The notes beneath the pieces were generated by a model. That model was given only the letters and a program-made list of their open reading frames with translations. It was not told the DNA's origin and ran no database searches. Position numbers and translations under genes: made by a program. From positions 3,224,001-3,288,000 of the forward strand of contig JBLDXI010000007.1 of NCBI GenBank assembly GCA_047495785.1: 64,000 bases of DNA. Direction: 5' to 3'. Of the stretch, positions 57,197-64,000 are shown in pieces (within the stretch, counting starts at the first letter, position 1; every line of letters starts with the position of its first letter). Source of the DNA: Lepidodermella squamata (taxonomy: Eukaryota; Animalia; Gastrotricha).

Positions 57197-58630
57197 TTAC
57201 TGATCGATGCTTAGCGAAGAGTTCACAGGTATGACAACATGAGGTGCGAAGCCAATAAGTCTGCCCTTTTCACCGAGAATGTAATCGATCAAAATAAGGA
57301 AGTAAGTTAGCAAACCAGCAAACAGCTACAATAAAAAACAAAAAGTGTTAATAAGAGACTAGCGGAAACTACCAATCTAACTCACCGTAGCTAATGTCTC
57401 ACGTTTCAAATAGATGGTGCCCAGCATTGTCAATGCTACAGGCTCTGTTGTGACTTGGCTCAATAGCATGGAAAGCTGCATTGCCGAATTGATATCCCCA
57501 CTTGGTTGTAGGCGCATTCGATGAACCTTCTCGCTAACTTTCTCAGCGCAATGGGCGAGATAGGCTGATGGTAGTGGAGCGGCCAACATACAAATTAAAC
57601 ACATGAAAATCCAAACGACTCGAATGAATGTTACAGCGTTATCCGCTGAATCCTTATTCCAAATGGCTTGGTAAATATTCAACTGGGCGCAGATAAATCC
57701 AAAGGCTGAGAGAACAAATGAGAACAATCTCAATTCTTTATCAAGCTGCCTGACCAGTTTAATCAAGTGGAGATGCCTGTATCGTATCGCATTTAAATTA
57801 AGCCTAGGATTATTAGCTCCAGTTGCGATCGACTTAGCTAAGTCGCTGAATTGCCATGCCAGTAATATAGTCGCACATCCCATGAAATAAATCGTGAAAA
57901 CACAAGCTGTATCAGGGAAAAAGGCGACCAATTCGAAAACCAGTGTGGCTAGAGGCCATTGTCTTGGGTCACTTTCATTCGGCAGTAGGTAATCAACGGG
58001 GCTAGCCATGAATAAATACATCGAAGAAGCGAATTTAAAGGAGAACGAACACATCGCATGGTGGAAGGTTAAACTGCTCGAAGCCATGAGAAAGGCTATT
58101 ATGAACAGCTTCCTCTTTTTCTGTAACTTCGAAATTGTTAGATGCCTCGAGTAGTCCTGAAACACTGCGAGGAAGGCTCTCCGTTTCCATGATGCGGATA
58201 TGATGGCAGTTCTAGCTATTGCAGCTGCTAGCCAGAAAATCAGCATGCAGACCTGAATTAGGGCGTATGTTAGCCAGACTGATCTTCTGCCGTAGAAGAA
58301 TAGGCTGTTTGGCGTTACTGATGGTACGACTAAAGGGGCAGCTATCCTCAAAACGTTGAGCCAGGTCAAAATGATGGTGAAGATCGAGTACGCTTTGTAA
58401 GCCTTCGAGCACGTTATCCGTGGCCATGTCGGCCAGTTTGGGAGTAGGCCGAAAGCTGTGAGGGAGATGACCAATGGGCAGAAAGAGGCCCCTCGCTGGG
58501 CCCGGTTCCTTAGAGATGAAGTGAAGTGGCCTGAGTTTGACTGAATGCTCCTCAGCAGCGTTAAAGGCTTACGCCTTCCTAACGACAGACGTATGGATCG
58601 ACATTTCCCGCCGAGGTGGTCCATATCCAT
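57197..58630 (-). CDS. Gustatory-receptor-like 7TM ion channel (GRL), ~457 aa
   Basis: Exon 58630-57386, phase-0 intron, exon 57325-57197 LFAGLLTYFLILIDY (TYhhhhhQF-like). Also HLHLIKLVRQLDKEL and ALTMLGTIYLKRETL, typical of the GR C-terminal half. Confidence 0.82.
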
Positions 58631-59352
58631 AAAAGGGTCACTGAAATAATATCTAGCCGTTATATAAAATCTGTGATACTGTGCTATTTATAATTTCGCC
58701 TTCGCTGAATAAACGAAAATTGAGTCGGAAAAATTCTAATGCCTGAATTTTGACCCAGAAAAAATCGGTAACCAATTTAGACACGAATTGTTTACCCTAT
58801 GACACTGGAATGAAAAAATGAAGTAATTCAACGTATGTTCAGAGATTCAGCTGCCTTTTATCACGCACGACAGAATTCCAATCATTTATAATGCGGAGGT
58901 CGAGTCGGAGGTTCACCAGAGCGGAAACATCAGTCCATGCGCTTTTCCTTATGCAATCAGAAGAGGACGTGACATCATGATTACGGCTTGAGATGCTAGG
59001 TTTCTCTGGTTTCAACAGCGATATGTAATAATTACGCGTTTTCCACTGCGATAAATGATTAAGATGTCAAAATTGTTAGGTCAACCCCTGCTATTCGATA
59101 TTATCGGTACAATTTAGCTTTTCAAATTTCTGCAGCTTTCGTGTACATGTTCAACGGGAAGTCAAGTGGCAGCCAGGCAACAGAAAAAATCCATTAAGAC
59201 GGAGATCCTTCCTTTGCAGGATAGCTTCCCGAGTGTGTTAAGCATGCGTTGCCCAGTCTATTCATAAAAGCAGGAAGTCTGCAAATGCACTTATTATGGT
59301 TCACCGCATAAACTCAATTTTCAGTTTTTAGCTCTGAAAAATAATTCTGACA

Positions 59353-61770
59353 ATGCTCACTATCATTTCATTGTTGATGGTCATGCAATTTTCCTGCATG
59401 GGCGCTGTTGATCAACAAAGGGCAAACATTACAATGCTCTTCGTTTTCTCATTGACTGGCGATGAGCCCAAAAAAGGTGACTCATGCATCATCGCATCTC
59501 GCATAGCGGTTGAATCAGCTAATTCCGACCTGAATTACTTGCCAGGCTACATCATCACGCCAATATATCAAGATGAAGGGCCCGGGGCTGCTATGACTTC
59601 TCGGCGGCTTCTGCAGTTTGAGGCGGATTTCAAAGCATCCGGGAACTTAATTTCACCAATTTTTGTTGGTCCGCAGTTCTCAGGAGGCTGCAAAGCTGCT
59701 GCCCCGATTGTATCGCATCTTGGCCTCGTGCAGTCAGCATCAGGCTGCAACCACCCTGCTATGACAAACAATAGGAAGGTCTATAAGAACATGTACAGGG
59801 CTAGGGCTAGTCAAGATCTATTGATATACTCCCAGTTAAAGTTCACCAGGGACATCGGGAAGTGGAACAGGTTCGGCATTTTGACTACTACGCAGAACCC
59901 CTCAGACTATATAACAGCAGCTCAAATTTTGATCGAAGCGAACGCGAATGGTTACGAGGTTCCGTATTTCGACCTTGTTTCTGATATTGATGACTTGACG
60001 ATACTCAACCTGATGCAGGCCGATCTTCGGATAATCAATCTACACACTTCTAGCGTAACTCATCTGATGAACTTCATGTGTAGGACCTTTCTGTTGGGTA
60101 TGACAGGACAAAGATATGCTTTCATCACTGTATCTGGACTCTTCTACGACCCGGCTAATATGCCTGAGAAAATCAGCCCATTTTGTAGCAAGAGTATGGT
60201 TCTGGAACAGTATAAACTTACGTTTTGGGTAGGTTGGGCGACTGAGAACGTTCTTTCGCCGGGTCTGAAGACAACTCTTGGCTACAACATCTCTGAGTTT
60301 GAATGGAGATTCCGTGACAAATGGGTCGCCATGGGAGGTTCGAGAGACATTATGCCACCGGATTACCTCAACAGATACCTATGTCATGACGCAGCTTTGG
60401 CAGCCATTGTCGCTCTCAAAGCAACTGAAAGCAAGCTGAACCGCTTGAATATGTCTCTGAGTGACTACAGCAGCCGACAGAACGAGATCATGAAACTAGC
60501 AAATGATTCCATGTTCAATGTAAACTACATCGGCCTTCGAATCGGTGAGTTCCAGTACTCAACAAGAGGAGAACCAGACGATGACATATACGTGGCTTTT
60601 CAATGGACGGAGCAGTTTGGTCAACGAGTTTTGAATACCATTCGAAGAAATGGCCCTCAGGCTTCTCCGGTCAATCTTTCGAGTTACTCCGATTTGAAAA
60701 CGCTTTTCCCTCCATACTGGACGAGCAGCGATAGTTCACCTCCGAGAGATAGAAGGAGAGAAATCGTAACTTCATTGTCGGTTTCAGATGGGTTTTTCTG
60801 GGGGATGATAGTAATTTCATGCGTTACAGCTGCATCTCTACTCGTTGTCATGGTTTTCTTATCTATGAAAGGGAGGTTAACGCAACCAACATTTTTCATA
60901 ATTGTATCTTGCATACTTTTCAATATCACCTCAATTCTGACATCAGTTCCTACTGATTCTCATTCATCGGTTGGAATTTTCATCGCACAAAGAATCGTAG
61001 CAGCATTTGCGTTTGCTTTTTCCAACATTGGCCTATTCTCGAATTTAGTTTTCTATCGATTTTTCGATCATGAGGCCCCTGAAATTCTTCGAAAATCCTC
61101 TTTCACTAGCACCGTTCTAAGCAAAAGATCGAGCGCCCCAATCGCGCCCCCGGTCGTCCCCAATCTTAGAGTTGACAGAGGAAACTTTGCAAAAATCTAT
61201 ACAGGCGTAGTTATGACCGGTTTGACCTTATTCATTTTTGTTTGGATGATGAGTGACTGGCCAACAGTGCTCGATATAAGACTTTCCAACGCTGATTCTT
61301 ACAACTTCGAAATGGATACGTTCACGGTATGGAAGATGACTGTTTTCTACTCATCAAATGAGATTGGCTGGTTCGGAACATTGGTTGCTGGTAGTGGTCT
61401 GTGGCTAGCCATTGGCTCTTGGTTTTCATATGAGCTCAGACGTTTTCGCATCAGGATGGCGGATGCAAATGAGTTGGCAGCTATCAGATTAGCAACGGCG
61501 AGCATGGCAACCATGTTCATGGGGACTGTTTTGATTTTCCTAGTGCTGGACAATAATCCTGTCGGACAGTTGATGGCTCTCTCCCTAATGGCATGGTTGG
61601 TTTCGATTTCGACTTGGCTGATTTTCGCTCTCGTGATAAGCCGAGGCGGGCGTCAAGTTACGCAGGCTGTTGGAGCACGAATGTCGTCTACTAATGACGG
61701 CGCGCCACGCCTGAGCTTGAGATCGCGTTTCTCATCATTTCGCAGCTCGTCAGTTTACATACAAAGATGA
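59353..61770 (+). CDS. Intronless GABA-B-like class C GPCR, subfamily A
   Basis: 805 aa; shares FQ/YQDEGP, GCNHPA(L/M)T, IGKWNR, LCHDAALAAI and EPDDD(V/I)YVA with 12230-14806. Confidence 0.85.
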   Translation: MLTIISLLMVMQFSCMGAVDQQRANITMLFVFSLTGDEPKKGDSCIIASRIAVESANSDLNYLPGYIITPIYQDEGPGAAMTSRRLLQFEADFKASGNLISPIFVGPQFSGGCKAAAPIVSHLGLVQSASGCNHPAMTNNRKVYKNMYRARASQDLLIYSQLKFTRDIGKWNRFGILTTTQNPSDYITAAQILIEANANGYEVPYFDLVSDIDDLTILNLMQADLRIINLHTSSVTHLMNFMCRTFLLGMTGQRYAFITVSGLFYDPANMPEKISPFCSKSMVLEQYKLTFWVGWATENVLSPGLKTTLGYNISEFEWRFRDKWVAMGGSRDIMPPDYLNRYLCHDAALAAIVALKATESKLNRLNMSLSDYSSRQNEIMKLANDSMFNVNYIGLRIGEFQYSTRGEPDDDIYVAFQWTEQFGQRVLNTIRRNGPQASPVNLSSYSDLKTLFPPYWTSSDSSPPRDRRREIVTSLSVSDGFFWGMIVISCVTAASLLVVMVFLSMKGRLTQPTFFIIVSCILFNITSILTSVPTDSHSSVGIFIAQRIVAAFAFAFSNIGLFSNLVFYRFFDHEAPEILRKSSFTSTVLSKRSSAPIAPPVVPNLRVDRGNFAKIYTGVVMTGLTLFIFVWMMSDWPTVLDIRLSNADSYNFEMDTFTVWKMTVFYSSNEIGWFGTLVAGSGLWLAIGSWFSYELRRFRIRMADANELAAIRLATASMATMFMGTVLIFLVLDNNPVGQLMALSLMAWLVSISTWLIFALVISRGGRQVTQAVGARMSSTNDGAPRLSLRSRFSSFRSSSVYIQR

Positions 61771-62031
61771 GCTTTTGTGGTTGATGCCTTCAATGGACTA
61801 ATGACTAATGACAGGTTCCATGCTCTTACGTATATGATACATAAACCTTTTATCATTTGCATTTTCGTAATCTAATGTAAAATTGCAAAAATGAGTGAAG
61901 CTTGTCAACAAAATGTAGTTTAAAAGAGTAAGAAGATCACAAAATCAAGACGCGCAGAGGAGAAGACAAAGACTAGTAGTGAAATTTGTTTTGCACATCA
62001 AGCAAGCAAGAACATGAGCTTGCCATTGACA

Positions 62032-62181
62032 CAGTGCGCGAAGTCGGATCCTCGAACTAGGGGGTATTTTCGGGCTCCAATTTTATGGGTCCCCCTGTGG
62101 TTTTTGGGTGGGTTTTTTCCTCTTTTGCCTGCCGAACAGGGGGTACGATAACCCTCATTCCCCCGCGTACTTCGCGCCCTG
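62032..62181. mobile_element. hAT-like MITE (150 bp)
   Basis: TIR cagtgcgcgaagt versus reverse complement cagggcgcgaagt (12/13); 8-bp TSD cattgaca/cattgacc. Confidence 0.75.
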
Positions 62182-62903
62182 CATTGACCATTGATTAATA
62201 ACAGGCCTGGCCTATTGGGAATCCAGCTAAAATGGATTAAAACATTCTTCAACTTCTTTTTGTGAGCCGTTCAGCGGAGTCCAATTGTCCAGCGGACCTC
62301 AGTTCAATTGCCCAGAATGATTGGCCAATTATCATATTTCGTTCTTTCGTCTAGACCTTTGAAAAGAAGCGTTGAGCTAGCACATGCATTTATGGTTCTC
62401 ACCCTGACATACCCAGTCAATGTTTGACGATACTGAGTGACATCGGTAGCTTCAAGATCCTATCGGAGAACCATTTGAAGGATATAAATTTAGCACTGCC
62501 GAAGAGCAGCTAACATTCGAACATGCCAATTTCGAGCACAGGACATTTTTGAGACTCCATAAAATGCACGATCAGATCATGAAAATCTGTGCGTTACCGC
62601 TGAAATTCCGTGGTAATCCCGTGAGCCAAATGTCTGCTCTGTCGATAATGACATTGATTATGTCTATTTCATACAGTCTGGTCTTGTTTTGGCCTAGAAA
62701 CGGATAGATGAACGGCCTATGAACGACCCAAAAACTAAATTCATTGAAATATGTGACAGTTCACCCAGAAAATTAGTGCGCTCCAGTTTTTAGTGAAAGT
62801 GAAGTGAAGTGAGATAAAGGCGCAAATCTTTCATTCAATGAAATAAATTCATGAAAATCAATAAGTAATTGTTAAACAAGCATTAGCATTATTATCTTTG
62901 CAA

Positions 62904-64000
62904 TTATCTGAATTTGCCGCAAGAAGCGTAACAAGTCGAGCCATATTTGTCATAGCAAGTGCAGGTGTCAATGGCCGAAACGTAAAACTCCCGCCACTTC
63001 TCCGGCCCACCGCTAATAGGCTGTATGCCACATCCAAGCACGAAATTACCCGGCGAACACTTGACCTGCCACGTGCCCTTGCCGAAAGACTTCTGCACCT
63101 CGTAATTGTAGATATTCGCAGCACACGTCGCGTAACCAGTGCCGCCGTAAGTGTCTCGAAATTGGCAAGCGCTGCCGTCATCAGCCGGATACATCTGCCG
63201 CCATCCGTCGAACTTCGCTCCGTTCGGGAATAAATGGCAGCCGAGGACTTTAGACCCGCTGGGGCACCTGACTGAAAAGTATGACGCGCCTTGCGAGCCG
63301 ATGATTCGCTTACCAGTCGCAGCGTTCGAGCACCAAAGGGCACACTGCATGCCGTGACGATCGTTGCATTCGCAAGTTGCGTCATTCATAGGAATCGTCC
63401 TGCGGTTTGGATCGTTTGAAACGCCGTAGGACATATTCTTCGGTCCACAGAAGAGCAGAGAATAGCCAGGGCGGCAGGAAATAGTCGTAGTAGATTTTAT
63501 TGCTGATATCACTGAACTCATTCGAACTGGCAAGTTGTCAGCCATTGGGTCCTTACATACCGGATTGTATCTGCAATAGTTGAGGTAATAGTCCTCTAAA
63601 TTAGCTCTCTTCTGCGCTAGTTCAGCCGAATTCTCGTCTGGAAGATAGCTGGTCGTAAACAACTCTGACAACTCCCGAAGCACGTATGTTATTGGCATGG
63701 GTGAAACCTCCGACATAGCGGCCCACGTCTCCCATCGGCCGTCAGTCGAGGGCCTGCTGCCCAGGTAGTACTCTGAGTGGGAGGATCGTTTGCTATCAAA
63801 AGTTTGCGCGGCCTGTTTTTCCGTCGCAGTTGCAGTGGAGAGGCTGCCAGTGACGCCGAGAAACGACGACTCCGCCCCTACCTTCACATTGAAACTTTCC
63901 ATCTCCATGATCGCCCAAGCCATGTCGTCGATTTCACTTCGAACTACAGCCTTCGCGCCCATAGTCATGGAGGTTAGATAGTGAGTACCGAAAGTTCGAA
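62904..64000 (-). CDS. MACPF-domain protein, C-terminal part, with three Cys-rich repeats; 5' end outside the window
   Basis: Open frame from the window edge RTFGTHYLTSMTMGAK (MACPF signature), YYLGSRP..W..W..PMPITYVLRELSELF, then three repeats SCRPGYSLLFCG / RCPSGSKVLGCH / KCSPGNFVLGCG. Confidence 0.88.
   Translation of the reverse strand, partial: RTFGTHYLTSMTMGAKAVVRSEIDDMAWAIMEMESFNVKVGAESSFLGVTGSLSTATATEKQAAQTFDSKRSSHSEYYLGSRPSTDGRWETWAAMSEVSPMPITYVLRELSELFTTSYLPDENSAELAQKRANLEDYYLNYCRYNPVCKDPMADNLPVRMSSVISAIKSTTTISCRPGYSLLFCGPKNMSYGVSNDPNRRTIPMNDATCECNDRHGMQCALWCSNAATGKRIIGSQGASYFSVRCPSGSKVLGCHLFPNGAKFDGWRQMYPADDGSACQFRDTYGGTGYATCAANIYNYEVQKSFGKGTWQVKCSPGNFVLGCGIQPISGGPEKWREFYVSAIDTCTCYDKYGSTCYASCGKFR

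Noticed and set aside
12230-61770. Naming the receptors GABBR1/2, the channels nAChR or the transporters DAT orthologues
   Set aside because: Too divergent to assign orthology without phylogeny.
1-64000. Prokaryotic interpretation (operons, CRISPR, defence systems)
   Set aside because: Spliceosomal GT-AG introns, signal-peptide exons and metazoan gene families throughout; no regularly spaced repeat-spacer array.
1-64000. tRNA, rRNA or snRNA genes
   Set aside because: None recognisable by eye; an Infernal/tRNAscan run would be needed to exclude them.

Overview
Eukaryotic, not bacterial: a gene-dense stretch of a compact invertebrate (probably bilaterian) genome with many ~45-60 nt GT-AG introns. 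The taxon cannot be fixed from sequence alone. I spliced the ORF fragments by hand into about 24 genes. From left to right: a degenerate fucosyltransferase-like gene; a cluster of orphan secreted proteins (an RxL-punctuated cationic polyprotein and an RDW(A/T)WVNP-motif family in a tandem duplication); a GT6 glycosyltransferase; a double pseudo-trypsin with a CCP linker; four intronless GABA-B-like class C GPCRs; three divergent Cys-loop channel subunits; two tandem peptide-receptor-like class A GPCRs; two DAT-like SLC6 transporters (one hosting a nested antisense gene); a NEK-like kinase fused to an AIG1/GIMAP GTPase with a CaaX end; a vWA-like secreted protein; a K2P channel; a gustatory-receptor-like gene; and the 3' part of a MACPF gene. 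There is also a broken RTE LINE and several MITEs. The most unusual items are (1) a ~998-aa Cys-loop subunit carrying two tandem lectin-like beta-domains on mucin stalks, (2) the kinase-GIMAP-CaaX fusion, (3) DAT-like transporters that have lost both Na1-site asparagines, and (4) the orphan secreted family at 1.7-8.3 kb. All exon models and similarities are by eye; no database search was run.
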